From Escherichia phage IME08, in sequence record NC_014260.1: a DNA stretch of 64,000 bases; one strand, 5' to 3'. This document shows positions 39,975 to 52,840 of this stretch, piece after piece (the first letter of the stretch is position 1; every line of letters starts with the position of its first letter). The translations under genes were made by a program, and so were the position numbers. The notes under the pieces were generated by a model. It searched no databases, had not been told where the DNA came from, and saw only the letters and a program-made list of their open reading frames with translations.

Positions 39975-40312
39975 TACATCACCACTAGATAAGCTGTATT
40001 ATTGGTTTCGACACGATATAAATCGGTACGAAGTTTAGTGATAGATTTCACACGTGAGGTTAATATACCATAACCGTCTGGGAAGCGTTTTTGTTTATCG
40101 AAAAATACCGCCGCCGGAATTCGATCACCAATTTCAACCGGAAGAACAGTAGCCAGCACAGCATCATATGTTGAAGTATGGATGCTTTGGAAATCTTCAC
40201 TCAGTTTAAAAAGGTCTTTGATGTACTGAGTAGCCTTTTCAGAGAGACCTCGATGGTCTCCGTCTTCGTCAGATTGTAAGGTGGCATTAACTTCTAGTTT
40301 TAAATTAAGCAT
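39974..40312 (-). CDS. Hypothetical protein
   Basis: ORF, start adjusted. Confidence 0.4.
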   Translation of the reverse strand: MLNLKLEVNATLQSDEDGDHRGLSEKATQYIKDLFKLSEDFQSIHTSTYDAVLATVLPVEIGDRIPAAVFFDKQKRFPDGYGILTSRVKSITKLRTDLYRVETNNTAYLVVM

Positions 40313-40541
40313 CAATATACACCCGCTGCGCTTCGACCAAACCATCTGAACCGAGTTTTAACTGGGTAACCTGGCCACCATTTTTAAGATTAACTATAAC
40401 CAATACCGCGCGGGGTGTTTCCTGGATTACTCGCAGAGTTGCGTCAGGAAAACGTACAGAAACCTTATTAATCAGGGCCTGAGCAAATTCTTTAACTTTA
40501 ACTTGGAACTGCTCTACAGTAATAGGTTGTTCGCTCAGCAT
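40305..40541 (-). CDS. Hypothetical protein
   Basis: 78 aa ORF. Confidence 0.4.
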   Translation of the reverse strand: MLSEQPITVEQFQVKVKEFAQALINKVSVRFPDATLRVIQETPRAVLVIVNLKNGGQVTQLKLGSDGLVEAQRVYIDA

Positions 40542-41095
40542 TAGATTGTCTCCAACTTAAGTTGTTTGGTAGTGGTAGCTTGGGTAACATCGCCTTTAAC
40601 AATATAACACACTTGTTGGAACGAACTGGTCAAAAGCTCTTCAGCCTGACGATCGGCTTGTTCCTTTGTGTTATGGCGAGAATGAACTTCAATCTTACCA
40701 TTTTTAACAATAAGCACTTTCCAATCGGCCGGAGTTTTAATAGGTTTGATTTCAGGGTTCTGGAAAACTAACTGCAGTTCTTTAGGGTCTACCACTTCGA
40801 TAAAGTATTCGAATTCATGGCTAAAAAAGCCCGCTGAATTAAAAAGAACACTATTTGCATCGTCAGGATTACCTGTCATTTTGCTCGGGTCGACAAACAT
40901 CATCTCGTCATATACACGAATTCGGCTTACACGTTCACGCCCATTATGGTAATCAATTTCAACTTCAAACGGATTCATACCCACATACTTAGCAAAAGCT
41001 GTATTGAGGCCATAAGCACCGTTATTAGTGAATTTGTTTTTAGTGTATTCACCAACGAACTTGTAAAACTTACGCTCTTCAAAGAACTTACTCAT
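40541..41095 (-). CDS. Hypothetical early protein
   Basis: 184 aa with early promoter and GAGGAAA RBS. Confidence 0.55.
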   Translation of the reverse strand: MSKFFEERKFYKFVGEYTKNKFTNNGAYGLNTAFAKYVGMNPFEVEIDYHNGRERVSRIRVYDEMMFVDPSKMTGNPDDANSVLFNSAGFFSHEFEYFIEVVDPKELQLVFQNPEIKPIKTPADWKVLIVKNGKIEVHSRHNTKEQADRQAEELLTSSFQQVCYIVKGDVTQATTTKQLKLETI

Positions 41096-41125
41096 TTCGA
41101 TTTCCTCATTTGTTTCGGTAAGGTC

Positions 41126-41155
41126 ATCATATCACCGTCCTTGGTGAAAGTAAAC
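41126..41155 (-). promoter_or_regulatory. Early promoter GTTTAC-N18-TATGAT
   Basis: Minus strand GTTTACTTTCACCAAGGACGGTGATATGAT. Confidence 0.5.
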
Positions 41156-41157
41156 AC

Positions 41158-41436
41158 TTAAATTGCTTCGACAACTACCGTTTGTTTCTGGAAGTCCATT
41201 TTGCATGAAATAGCCAAAATGTGGTTATCAATTTTAAATGGAACAATTGCAAATGCTGCACCAGGTGTGAGTTGAACAGTGATTGCATCAACTGCATCTG
41301 GGAACATGATTTCCAGAATAGCAGACAAACGAGCGTGTACTTTTAGTTCAGTCGACGTGTCGACGGTTTCGTATAGATAATCAGATACAATCTGACTAAA
41401 AACAGTTTTAACAATTTGAGAATAAGTAGGGAACAT
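41158..41436 (-). CDS. Hypothetical protein
   Basis: 92 aa ORF. Confidence 0.45.
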   Translation of the reverse strand: MFPTYSQIVKTVFSQIVSDYLYETVDTSTELKVHARLSAILEIMFPDAVDAITVQLTPGAAFAIVPFKIDNHILAISCKMDFQKQTVVVEAI

Positions 41437-41443
41437 AATTACC

Positions 41444-41659
41444 TCAGTGTACTGTATGGACCTTCACGTTAACAATAAACCGGTCAACGACTTCAGTCAG
41501 AGGAACGAACTCAACATAGTATTCGCCTTTGTAACGTTCATTGAGGTCATTACGAAGGGCCGCTAGTGAGTTAATGAGGGTAGGAGACATATTCTGACCT
41601 ACCAGTTTCTGAAGCTCTTTATAAGCTTCTTCTTCAACTTCATGGTGTTTGTTATACAT
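41444..41659 (-). CDS. Hypothetical protein
   Basis: Start uncertain; internal Met chosen to limit overlap. Confidence 0.35.
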   Translation of the reverse strand: MYNKHHEVEEEAYKELQKLVGQNMSPTLINSLAALRNDLNERYKGEYYVEFVPLTEVVDRFIVNVKVHTVH

Positions 41660-41848
41660 AATGTTCTTCCAAGAAGGCAAGGAGTTCAGGCGCGGATTTA
41701 AAAATACCACCATCGACCTTGTCTTCATCTTTATAGTCCATAACATCCAGGCCAATACGTCCGTCAGTTAAAGGCCATACGCCGAAGAAAAAGCATTTAC
41801 GTTTTTCAATTTCTTCGATTGTACGAAAAATCTTTTCGATATTATTCA

Positions 41849-41849
<1 letters not shown>
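41652..41849 (-). CDS. Hypothetical protein
   Basis: Start at MNNIEK, abuts pnk stop. Confidence 0.4.
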
Positions 41850-43049
<1,200 letters not shown>

Positions 43050-43053
<4 letters not shown>

Positions 43054-43532
43054 ACGTCAAGTTCCTTATAAAGTTCTTCACGGCAGGTTTTAAGGGTTTT
43101 ACCCGATTCGTAAGCAACACTTTCAGGAACATCGCCAAGGGTTACTGCGGATTGCATTTGACCATGGCGTTTAGCCGCATATTCAAAACTTTTCACCAAT
43201 TCACGAATACGTTCTTTTTCATTATACTCTTCAATGAATTCAGGGTATTCCCAAACTGGGCGCATCATACGATACCAATGCTGAATAGTAATATAATTAC
43301 TTCCATCCAGATTAATAATTTGCGAAGGCTTAATAGCGCCCGGAGCATAAAAAGTTACCTGTCTTACTACATCAATACCGTCCACCATAGCCCAAGCAAA
43401 ATCAAAAGTTGCCTTCTTTTCAAGTGGTGTACTTGCACAGGACCCTAGCTTAAGGAGCTTTTGTAATGCAGGCGATTTAACGCCTGAAATGTACTCAGGA
43501 TTAGCCACAAAACTGTTATCACGTAATGTCAT
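43050..43532 (-). CDS. Hypothetical early protein
   Basis: Start set at MTLRDN after GAGGAA RBS; upstream ATG lies inside promoter -10. Confidence 0.5.
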
Positions 43533-43566
43533 AGTCATTTCCTCAAATTTTATAATCCGTAGGAGC

Positions 43567-43596
43567 ATTATACTCTGCTCCCAAGAGTTTGTAAAC
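43567..43596 (-). promoter_or_regulatory. Early promoter GTTTAC-N18-TATAAT
   Basis: Minus strand GTTTACAAACTCTTGGGAGCAGAGTATAAT. Confidence 0.55.
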
Positions 43597-43700
43597 TACT
43601 TTCCAAAAAGACCATCAATACACATACTGAAAGCAATCCCGAAGCAAAAGAATGCGATAGCTAATCTAACGGCATCCCAACCAAGACTACACTCAATCAT
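43596..43700 (-). CDS. Possible small hydrophobic protein (34 aa)
   Basis: Own translation MIECSLGWDAVRLAIAFFCFGIAFSMCIDGLFGK; ATGA overlap with o-spanin stop. Confidence 0.25.
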   Translation of the reverse strand: MIECSLGWDAVRLAIAFFCFGIAFSMCIDGLFGK

Positions 43701-43987
43701 TTGCACTTCTCCTCTTTTAACCCGGAACGATAATAACATAACATAGATTTCTGGTCTTGTACATATCTTTTTACGTCATTCAACCAAATACGATGTTCTT
43801 GGGAATCTTCAAATGGCATTCCAACCCAAGCTTTACCATCGATTACCTTAACCTGCCATTTAACATTATGTTCGGCAATAGGTTGTGGCCATGAAGGATG
43901 TAGTTGTTGTTTAGGCACTACAGGAAGCTCCTGAGCACACCCAACTAACAAGCCAATAGATAATACTACCACAGATAATTTAATCAT
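43697..43987 (-). CDS. Outer-membrane spanin lipoprotein (o-spanin, PseT.2-like)
   Basis: Signal peptide with lipobox LLVGC, paired with upstream i-spanin. Confidence 0.8.
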   Translation of the reverse strand: MIKLSVVVLSIGLLVGCAQELPVVPKQQLHPSWPQPIAEHNVKWQVKVIDGKAWVGMPFEDSQEHRIWLNDVKRYVQDQKSMLCYYRSGLKEEKCK

Positions 43988-44337
43988 TCTGTAATGCTCC
44001 TGAAGTCTTCTGTAAAGGAATCGAAGGACTTGTTGATTTGTTTTTCGACCAGTCCTGGCTTACTTGCCACCACGTGCGCCTTCTTCGAATCTTTACGGAG
44101 CTTTTCATTTTCTACCTTAATTTTATCCATTCGGGCATTCATTTCAGTAGTACGGAATTCAATATCAGAGTATTGACCACGAAGGTCCTCTACAGCTTCG
44201 GCGTTCTGTTTTGCCGTTTGCTGGGTTGTTTTCAGTTCTTCAGTAAGGGTATCAATACGGCTTGATTGATACGAAATAAAACCGTAAGCACCTACTGCAA
44301 TGGCTCCAGCTAAAAGGTAAATACTTAATTTAGACAT
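43984..44337 (-). CDS. Inner-membrane spanin (i-spanin, PseT.3-like)
   Basis: N-terminal transmembrane helix followed by charged coiled-coil region. Confidence 0.8.
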   Translation of the reverse strand: MSKLSIYLLAGAIAVGAYGFISYQSSRIDTLTEELKTTQQTAKQNAEAVEDLRGQYSDIEFRTTEMNARMDKIKVENEKLRKDSKKAHVVASKPGLVEKQINKSFDSFTEDFRSITE

Positions 44338-44825
44338 TTGGTAATAATCTCGATGATGTCATCACGTGACAGGGAATTAATAAGAACTGTTTTAGGATTT
44401 TCACACTGAATTTTGTACGTTTCGAACATAAAACACAATTCTTCAGCGGTATGGTAAGGACTTGAAATGCCAAGGCGATTAAACTTGTCGCTTAATGGGT
44501 CACAAATCAAATAGAAAGTGATGCCTGAGATTTTAACATTAGGTTGGCTAATATTAATGAACACCTCGGCATCGTACTTGGAAAGGTTGTTTCGGAGAAA
44601 CTCAACCATAGAGTTAACAGCTTCGGGCATGGCTTCACGCTTTTCTTCTGCATAACGGGTAGAGTATTCTTTTTGCTTGATTTTCTTTTTAGCATTTTTG
44701 GCTAAAGTAACACGAAGATCGGTCAGGTAACCTACTGCACGAGAACCTTTAAAAACTTGGATACCGTCAGTAGAGTCACCAAAAGCCTTAACAACCATTT
44801 CGTTAGTAATCATTTGCATATTCAT
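44325..44825 (-). CDS. Alc-like protein (by position between rnlA and spanins)
   Basis: 166 aa ORF with early promoter; T4 Alc is of similar size at this position. Confidence 0.45.
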   Translation of the reverse strand: MNMQMITNEMVVKAFGDSTDGIQVFKGSRAVGYLTDLRVTLAKNAKKKIKQKEYSTRYAEEKREAMPEAVNSMVEFLRNNLSKYDAEVFINISQPNVKISGITFYLICDPLSDKFNRLGISSPYHTAEELCFMFETYKIQCENPKTVLINSLSRDDIIEIITKCLN

Positions 44826-44855
44826 TTTGTTTTCTCCTCATTAGTTGGTAAGTCT

Positions 44856-44884
44856 ATACTAACACATCATGAGGAGATGTAAAC
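44856..44884 (-). promoter_or_regulatory. Early promoter GTTTAC-N17-TAGTAT
   Basis: Minus strand GTTTACATCTCCTCATGATGTGTTAGTAT. Confidence 0.5.
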
Positions 44885-46032
44885 TACTCTACCACAATTT
44901 CTTTCAAATATTTTTCAGGGATTTGGGCTTTATGGTTTTTCAAGAACACCGAGTTAATCTGGTCTACAACCGTATCATAATTAATACCGCCTACGTACGC
45001 CTGCATAAGAATAGAGAACAACCCTGGGAAGTCCTTAAGGATTAGCTGTCCGGTAACGGCATAGTCTTTACGGTCGCGGCCCTTGAGTTGGGAATACGCT
45101 GCTTCCAACAAAGCCAATGATTGTTCTAGGTAATCTAAATGGATGCGTTCAAAGGCATCGATTTTCTCGATAGCAAACGAATCTGTACTGAACAGACCAC
45201 GAAGGTCGTCAGTTCCACCTGCCACTACAACTTCAAACAAACGTTCGTTATTGTTAATGGAATCTTTGGTATGATGCAATGCACTGTACCAGGCAGTTTT
45301 GAGTTTAAAGAACGTACCATCTTTCAGTACAAAGATGAAACCTTCAATACCCTCTTGTTTACGGATGTTTTCTACGAAATCACCTTCAGTGAGGTCATAA
45401 CTTTCAACCAAATGCTTACGCAGGGCCCCATCTTTAAACAGTTCGGCATACGGAATATATTCACCTGTTTCATTATTACGAACATTCAACAGGATGAGGT
45501 TTGTTTCTTGGTAAGCCAGCACGATACGGTTGGTAGGTGCAACATATTCAAGGTTGCAGGTATACCCAGCTTTGGTGATTTCTTCTAGACGTGCGGCAAA
45601 AGCCTCGTTCTCAGGGAGACGAAGGAAGCGTAAAGAATCATGCACCATTGATGAATGGATAGAGCCTTTAGATTTAACAGAAAGATACTGTCGGTCCATG
45701 AATGTAGAAATCAGAGAACCATCTTCCTTAGCCATTACGAGGTCGATATTTTCTGGCGACAAATCTAGACCGATAGTCAGTGGGTTTTCGTCAAGGTTAA
45801 AGAACTTTTGCATAGGACGAGCAGCAATACGTACCGGACCGTTCTCGTCCATTTCAAACATAATGCCACGGCACTCTAGTGCGCCGTCTTCCAACCAATC
45901 ACTGTACGATGCATAGTTATAACTAAAGATGCGATAGTTGACTCCTAGCGCACTCTGAAAGTCTTTAAAGAAGAACTTAGATTTAGTCGAGTTTTTAACC
46001 AGGGCCATCAAGTTATCATATAATTCAATCAT
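44884..46032 (-). CDS. rnlA: RNA ligase 1 (RnlA)
   Basis: 382 aa; KEDGSL adenylation motif; T4 order. Confidence 0.92.
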   Translation of the reverse strand: MIELYDNLMALVKNSTKSKFFFKDFQSALGVNYRIFSYNYASYSDWLEDGALECRGIMFEMDENGPVRIAARPMQKFFNLDENPLTIGLDLSPENIDLVMAKEDGSLISTFMDRQYLSVKSKGSIHSSMVHDSLRFLRLPENEAFAARLEEITKAGYTCNLEYVAPTNRIVLAYQETNLILLNVRNNETGEYIPYAELFKDGALRKHLVESYDLTEGDFVENIRKQEGIEGFIFVLKDGTFFKLKTAWYSALHHTKDSINNNERLFEVVVAGGTDDLRGLFSTDSFAIEKIDAFERIHLDYLEQSLALLEAAYSQLKGRDRKDYAVTGQLILKDFPGLFSILMQAYVGGINYDTVVDQINSVFLKNHKAQIPEKYLKEIVVE

Positions 46033-46442
46033 TGCTTTATCCTATGTTGGGTATTCCAAGGTGGATTAAATTTCTTTATGAACATTGGCTCTTCAAGAGA
46101 CATGGTCTCAACTGACATAGTTCCAAGTTCGTTAGTCATCGACAGATTAAAGCACTGCCGTGCATAGAACTCTACCTTTTTACCTGCCATTAACGCTTCA
46201 TGAATCAGAATGGACTTAGTCGAATCTGACGTTTGGTCCTTACGATTAATAGCGGTTCGGTAGTAGTTGATGCGCTTACGAAGATTTTTAGTCTTCCCGA
46301 TGTAGACTAGTATATCATCAACCGCTATAGCATATATGACATTTTGTTTATTTGGTACTGTGAGTGGAGCTATGGTGGCGTCATCTTGGAGTTCTAGGGT
46401 GACGTACTTGATAAAGCTAAATTCGTCTGCGATTTCTTTCAT
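46029..46442 (-). CDS. denA: Endonuclease II (DenA), GIY-YIG-like
   Basis: VIYAIAVDDILVYIGKT motif; start set after terminator hairpin. Confidence 0.8.
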   Translation of the reverse strand: MKEIADEFSFIKYVTLELQDDATIAPLTVPNKQNVIYAIAVDDILVYIGKTKNLRKRINYYRTAINRKDQTSDSTKSILIHEALMAGKKVEFYARQCFNLSMTNELGTMSVETMSLEEPMFIKKFNPPWNTQHRIKQ

Positions 46443-46450
46443 AGCAATAA

Positions 46451-46464
46451 GGGGCCGAAGCCCC
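46451..46464 (-). terminator. Hairpin terminator after nrdB
   Basis: GGGGC-TTCG-GCCCC on minus strand. Confidence 0.5.
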
Positions 46465-46469
46465 ATTCC

Positions 46470-47639
46470 TTAAAAATATTTCTTGTACGATGCCATTACT
46501 TTTTCATCAACATCGTTATCAATTTGTGCTACAAGGTAAGAACTGATTTCCACTTCCTGAGGAGCAGCCTGTACAGCATCAGAGTTCAGGTATTCGCGAA
46601 TCCAAGGATAAGGATGGCGAGTAGGGGCATCAGTAATAGGACATGGTAAGCCACATTGTTTCATACGAGAAACTGTCAGGTAATCGACAAAAGCACCCAT
46701 GTTCTGAGTATTTAATCCAGGGCAAGTACCGTCTTTGAACAGGTGAGTGGCCCATTCTTTTTCTTGGCGGTTAACTTCCATGAAAATATCAACTGCTTCT
46801 TGTTCGCACTCTTGAGCAATTTTAACCCATTCGTCGCCATCAGTACCAAGTTGAAGCTGACGAATAATGTACTGGGTGCCTTTAAGGTGGAGCTGTTCAT
46901 CACGTGCAATGAACTTCATAATCTTAGCATTACCTTCCATGATTTCCATGTTCTTATGGAAGTTAAAGGTACATGCGAAAGATACATAAAAACGAATAGC
47001 TTCTAGGGCGTTGATTACATGCAGGCAAAGATAAAGAGAACGCATTAGTTCGTATTTGGCCTGTTTTACGCCTTCGCTAAACTCATGATATTCTTCTAAA
47101 GCATTCTGATAAAGGCGAGTTTTATCAATAACGTCATCATAATAACGACCAATAGATTCAGCACGTTTCATGATGGCGTCATCTAACAGAATTTCATCAA
47201 ATACCTTAGATGGGTCTGTATAGAGGTTACGCATGATATGGGTATATGAACGAGAGTGAATGGTTTCACTAAAGGTCCATGTTGCCACCCAAGTATCAAG
47301 GCTAGGGTCTGAAATCAAGGCTTGGAGAGCTGCAGAAGGAGCACGACCCTGAATACTATCCAGAAGTGATTGATACTTCAGGTTATTGGTAAAAATATTT
47401 TGCTGGAATTGTGGAAGCTTATTAAATTGAGCAGCATCCATCATCAAGTTGACTTCTTCTGGACGCCAGAAAAAACTCAACTGCTTCTCACAAAGCTCTT
47501 CGAACACTTTATGACGTTGGATATCATAACGAGCAATACCCAATCCTGAACCAAAGAACATCGGCTCGACTAAAACATCAACTGGGGTGGTATTAAAAAC
47601 TGTAGACATATTATTCTCATTTGTTAGTGACTCATCCAT
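46470..47639 (-). CDS. nrdB: Ribonucleotide reductase small subunit NrdB (uninterrupted)
   Basis: 389 aa continuous ORF. Confidence 0.95.
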   Translation of the reverse strand: MDESLTNENNMSTVFNTTPVDVLVEPMFFGSGLGIARYDIQRHKVFEELCEKQLSFFWRPEEVNLMMDAAQFNKLPQFQQNIFTNNLKYQSLLDSIQGRAPSAALQALISDPSLDTWVATWTFSETIHSRSYTHIMRNLYTDPSKVFDEILLDDAIMKRAESIGRYYDDVIDKTRLYQNALEEYHEFSEGVKQAKYELMRSLYLCLHVINALEAIRFYVSFACTFNFHKNMEIMEGNAKIMKFIARDEQLHLKGTQYIIRQLQLGTDGDEWVKIAQECEQEAVDIFMEVNRQEKEWATHLFKDGTCPGLNTQNMGAFVDYLTVSRMKQCGLPCPITDAPTRHPYPWIREYLNSDAVQAAPQEVEISSYLVAQIDNDVDEKVMASYKKYF

Positions 47640-47662
47640 GAGTCAATTATAATCAGATTTTA

Positions 47663-49918
47663 TTAAAGCTTACAAGCTGCACAATCGTCGGCTTTAGGAG
47701 TTTCGATTTCGTAGTCATCAGTACCGGAGCCATCACGGGTGTTATGATAATAGAGATTTTTTCCACCATAATACCAGAAATATAGCAGGTCATCAAGCAT
47801 TACAGACATCGGAACTTTTCCTTTTGGAAAAATCTGCGGGTCGTAATATGTATTCGCTGATGCCGATTGACAAACCCATTTCAACATAATCACTACCTGC
47901 GTAAGATAAGGTTTATTACCTTTCTTAGCAAGGGTCCAAGCGTAATCATACAGCCCTTGGTTATGTTCTACATTAGGAACTACCTGACGGAAGTTACCTT
48001 CTTTAGATTCTTTAATACTTACCGGGCCACGCGGAGGTTCGATACCGTTTGTAGAGTTGGAAACCTGGCTGCTTGATTCGCATGGCATAAGTGCTGATAA
48101 TGTGCTATTACGGATGCCATGTTTAGCCAAGTCTTCCCGCAACGACGTCCAGTCACAAACATAGTTAGGGGCTGCGATTTGGTCAATCTTTTTATTGTAC
48201 CAGTCGATAGGTAGTTCGCCTCGAGACCATTTAGTGTCTGAATAATACTCGCAAGGTCCTTTTTCTTCGGCCAGCTTGATTGATGCTCGGATAAGTCCAT
48301 ATTGTAATCTCTCAAACAGTTCATGAGTTAAATCGTTTGCGTCTTCATAAGAAGCAAAGTTGCTTGCTAACCAAGCAGCGTAGTTCGTAACACCAACACC
48401 CAGGTTACGACGTTTCTTAGCCTTCAGAGCTTCAGGAACAGGATAATCTTGGTAGTCTAACAGGTTATCAAGTGCACGTACTTGTACTTCAGCAAGTTCG
48501 TTGATTTTGTCTTGGTCCTGCCAATCGAAGTTATCCAGCACAAATGCAGACAATGTACACAAGCCAATTTCAGCGTCCGGACTATTCACATCAGTGGTCG
48601 GGATAGCAATTTCACAACATAAGTTGCTCTGGCGAATAGGAGCTTTCTCACGAATAAATGGTGTGAAGTTGTTAGTGTTATCGACGAACTGAGGATAAAT
48701 TCGTGCAGTGCCTGAACGTTCAGTCATGAACAATTCGAAGAGGTCACGTGCCTTAATACGTTTCTTACGAATACTAGGGTCTTTTTCTGCAGCTTCATAC
48801 AATTCACGGAAACGGTCTTGGTCTTCGAAATAAGAATGGTAAAGCTCACCGCTCATTTCATGAGGACTAAACAGAGTAATGTAATCATTCTTACCGAAAC
48901 GTTCCATCATCAGGTCATTCAACTGGATTCCGTAGTCCATATGTCGAATACGGTTTTCATCAACGCCCTTGTTATTTTTCAGAACGAGCAGATTTTCAAC
49001 TTCCAAATGCCAAATAGGATAATAAGCAGTAGCAGCGCCGCCACGGATTCCACCTTGTGAACATGATTTAACAGCAGTCTGGAAATGTTTCCAGAATGGA
49101 ATAACACCGGTATGTTTGACTTCACCCATGCCAATACGAGAACCTTCAGCACGAATCATACCAACGTTGATACCAATACCTGCACGTTTAGAAATGTATT
49201 CAATTATCGAGTTAGCAGTTTTGTTAATAGATTTCAGCGAGTCGCCTGCTTCAATAACCACACAAGAACTAAATTGGCGAGTCGGTGTACGCGCTCCAGC
49301 CATAATAGGGGTAGGCAACGAAACCTGACGAGTACTTACAGCATCATAAAAACGAATAATATGTGCTAAACGATTACCGGGTTCTTCTTGGTGTAAGGCC
49401 ATACCAATACACATGATAGCGAACTGAGGGGTTTCATAGATTTTACCGGTTGTTTTATCTTTAACCAGATATTTCTCTTTCAGCTGCATTGCGCCTGCAT
49501 AGGTCAATTCAAAGTCACGTTCATGCTTGATATGAGATTCTAAGAAAGTAATTTCTTCTGCAGAATATCGAGACAGCAATTCAGGGTCATATTTACCTTC
49601 GTTAACACAATAGGAAATATGGTCGATAAAACTACGTGGTTCGAATTGGCCATAAACTTCTTTACGCAGTGCAAACATCAATTGCTTTGCAGCAACATAT
49701 TGGTAATCAGGCTCTTCAACCGAAATAAGGTTGGCTGCGACCTTAACAGTCAGATTCTGGATATCTTTGGTAGTCATACCATCACGAAGATGAGATTTGA
49801 TTTCTTCGTATAATTCATAGGGGTCGATTTGGGTTCCTTCACAGCCCCAAGTCAGAACTTTAATAATTTTTTGTGCGTCAAAATCTTGGGATACACCGCT
49901 ACTTTTTTGTACTTGCAT
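47663..49918 (-). CDS. nrdA: Ribonucleotide reductase large subunit NrdA
   Basis: 751 aa; T4 order. Confidence 0.95.
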   Translation of the reverse strand: MQVQKSSGVSQDFDAQKIIKVLTWGCEGTQIDPYELYEEIKSHLRDGMTTKDIQNLTVKVAANLISVEEPDYQYVAAKQLMFALRKEVYGQFEPRSFIDHISYCVNEGKYDPELLSRYSAEEITFLESHIKHERDFELTYAGAMQLKEKYLVKDKTTGKIYETPQFAIMCIGMALHQEEPGNRLAHIIRFYDAVSTRQVSLPTPIMAGARTPTRQFSSCVVIEAGDSLKSINKTANSIIEYISKRAGIGINVGMIRAEGSRIGMGEVKHTGVIPFWKHFQTAVKSCSQGGIRGGAATAYYPIWHLEVENLLVLKNNKGVDENRIRHMDYGIQLNDLMMERFGKNDYITLFSPHEMSGELYHSYFEDQDRFRELYEAAEKDPSIRKKRIKARDLFELFMTERSGTARIYPQFVDNTNNFTPFIREKAPIRQSNLCCEIAIPTTDVNSPDAEIGLCTLSAFVLDNFDWQDQDKINELAEVQVRALDNLLDYQDYPVPEALKAKKRRNLGVGVTNYAAWLASNFASYEDANDLTHELFERLQYGLIRASIKLAEEKGPCEYYSDTKWSRGELPIDWYNKKIDQIAAPNYVCDWTSLREDLAKHGIRNSTLSALMPCESSSQVSNSTNGIEPPRGPVSIKESKEGNFRQVVPNVEHNQGLYDYAWTLAKKGNKPYLTQVVIMLKWVCQSASANTYYDPQIFPKGKVPMSVMLDDLLYFWYYGGKNLYYHNTRDGSGTDDYEIETPKADDCAACKL

Positions 49919-50046
49919 AATTTCCTCAATGTGTTAGGTTCTACAATTATTCTATCATAGAACCTGTTAAGCATGGACTGATATTTATAGAATGAAATTC
50001 AGTCCGACCATAATAACCAAAAACAGAGTACAGATTATTTGAATTT

Positions 50047-51735
<1,689 letters not shown>

Positions 51736-51760
51736 TTTATTCTCCTTAGTTGACAAGGCT

Positions 51761-51790
51761 ATAGTATCACTACCATAGCCTGAGGTAAAC
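51761..51790 (-). promoter_or_regulatory. Early promoter GTTTAC-N18-TACTAT
   Basis: Minus strand GTTTACCTCAGGCTATGGTAGTGATACTAT. Confidence 0.55.
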
Positions 51791-52018
51791 TTATTTTTGA
51801 ATTAGGCCCATATAAAATTTAGCGTCTTCCGGGTGCATACCGTCACAATACTCGACAGCCATAAAGCGGGTAAGGTCTTCAAGAGGACCTTGGACTTCAA
51901 TTTGCATACTACAGAATTGCGTATCTTTAATATGGGTCATAACTAAAGAAGGATAACGATTACGGATAACTTCGTAAGTGTATTCAAAATCAACGATATC
52001 AATATTAACCTTAGCCAT
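51791..52018 (-). CDS. Hypothetical protein (frd.2-like)
   Basis: Start MAKVNI after GAGGAAA RBS. Confidence 0.5.
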   Translation of the reverse strand: MAKVNIDIVDFEYTYEVIRNRYPSLVMTHIKDTQFCSMQIEVQGPLEDLTRFMAVEYCDGMHPEDAKFYMGLIQK

Positions 52019-52050
52019 TTTATTTTCCTCACTCATTAGTTGATAGGTCT

Positions 52051-52080
52051 ATAGTATCATGTTTAAAGCAGATGTAAACA
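52051..52080 (-). promoter_or_regulatory. Early promoter GTTTAC-N18-TACTAT
   Basis: Minus strand GTTTACATCTGCTTTAAACATGATACTAT. Confidence 0.55.
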
Positions 52081-52081
52081 C

Positions 52082-52342
52082 TTATTTTTGAATTTTATCA
52101 AGCCATTTACCAAGCTTAATCATTTCTTTGGTAGCTTTTTCCATACTTCTGAATTTAACCAGTAAAGGTTGTGCATCAACACCCATAACTAAAGTGGTTA
52201 CAAGACTATGTTCACCTACAAGCCATAACGAATACGTTTGGATATCGAGCCCGTAATTTCGGTCTTTATGAACTCGTACACCCATCACTTCAAATTTCTC
52301 ACTGGCTTTTTCTACTGCATCCAGGAAATCATCTTTAGTCAT
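52082..52342 (-). CDS. Hypothetical protein
   Basis: Start adjusted to internal Met abutting upstream gene stop. Confidence 0.45.
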   Translation of the reverse strand: MTKDDFLDAVEKASEKFEVMGVRVHKDRNYGLDIQTYSLWLVGEHSLVTTLVMGVDAQPLLVKFRSMEKATKEMIKLGKWLDKIQK

Positions 52343-52343
52343 A

Positions 52344-52730
52344 TTAGGCCTTAAAAGTTTTTTGCAAAAGTTCAATGATTTGGTCAACGTTCTGTTCGGT
52401 GACAATGCAATGGATTTGAGTCACGCCCGCCTTAGTAACGGGTTCGTCAACTTCGTCTTGTTCAGCACATTCACGGAAGCAATAGAATTCATCTTCGTGC
52501 AATTCAAAATAATTTGGCACCAACCCAACTTCATTATAAGTCTCGCCGTTAGCGCATTCGATTTCAGTCACAAATTTGTCGCCATCCATAGTCAACATAT
52601 CCTTTACTTCAAACCAACCGCCGTTGTCTTGGATAAGGTCGACCATGCTTTTATTATTTTCATATTCGTCCATTTCAATAAAGTCTTTAATGCATTCAGG
52701 ACGAAGTTCATATTTTTTACCGATTTCCAT
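52344..52730 (-). CDS. Hypothetical acidic protein
   Basis: 128 aa with early promoter and GAGGAAA RBS. Confidence 0.55.
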   Translation of the reverse strand: MEIGKKYELRPECIKDFIEMDEYENNKSMVDLIQDNGGWFEVKDMLTMDGDKFVTEIECANGETYNEVGLVPNYFELHEDEFYCFRECAEQDEVDEPVTKAGVTQIHCIVTEQNVDQIIELLQKTFKA

Positions 52731-52759
52731 TTTTATTTCCTCATGTAGTTGATAGGTCT

Positions 52760-52789
52760 ATAGTATCATGTTTAAAGGCATTGTAAACC
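52760..52789 (-). promoter_or_regulatory. Early promoter GTTTAC-N18-TACTAT
   Basis: Minus strand GTTTACAATGCCTTTAAACATGATACTAT. Confidence 0.55.
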
Positions 52790-52804
52790 ATTAAATGCCA
52801 AAAA

Positions 52805-52824
52805 GGGAAGACCGAAGTCTTCCC
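52805..52824 (-). terminator. Rho-independent terminator after gene 32
   Basis: GGGAAGAC-TTCG-GTCTTCCC followed by TTTTTGG on minus strand. Confidence 0.65.
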
Positions 52825-52840
52825 ATTATAAATCAATAAC

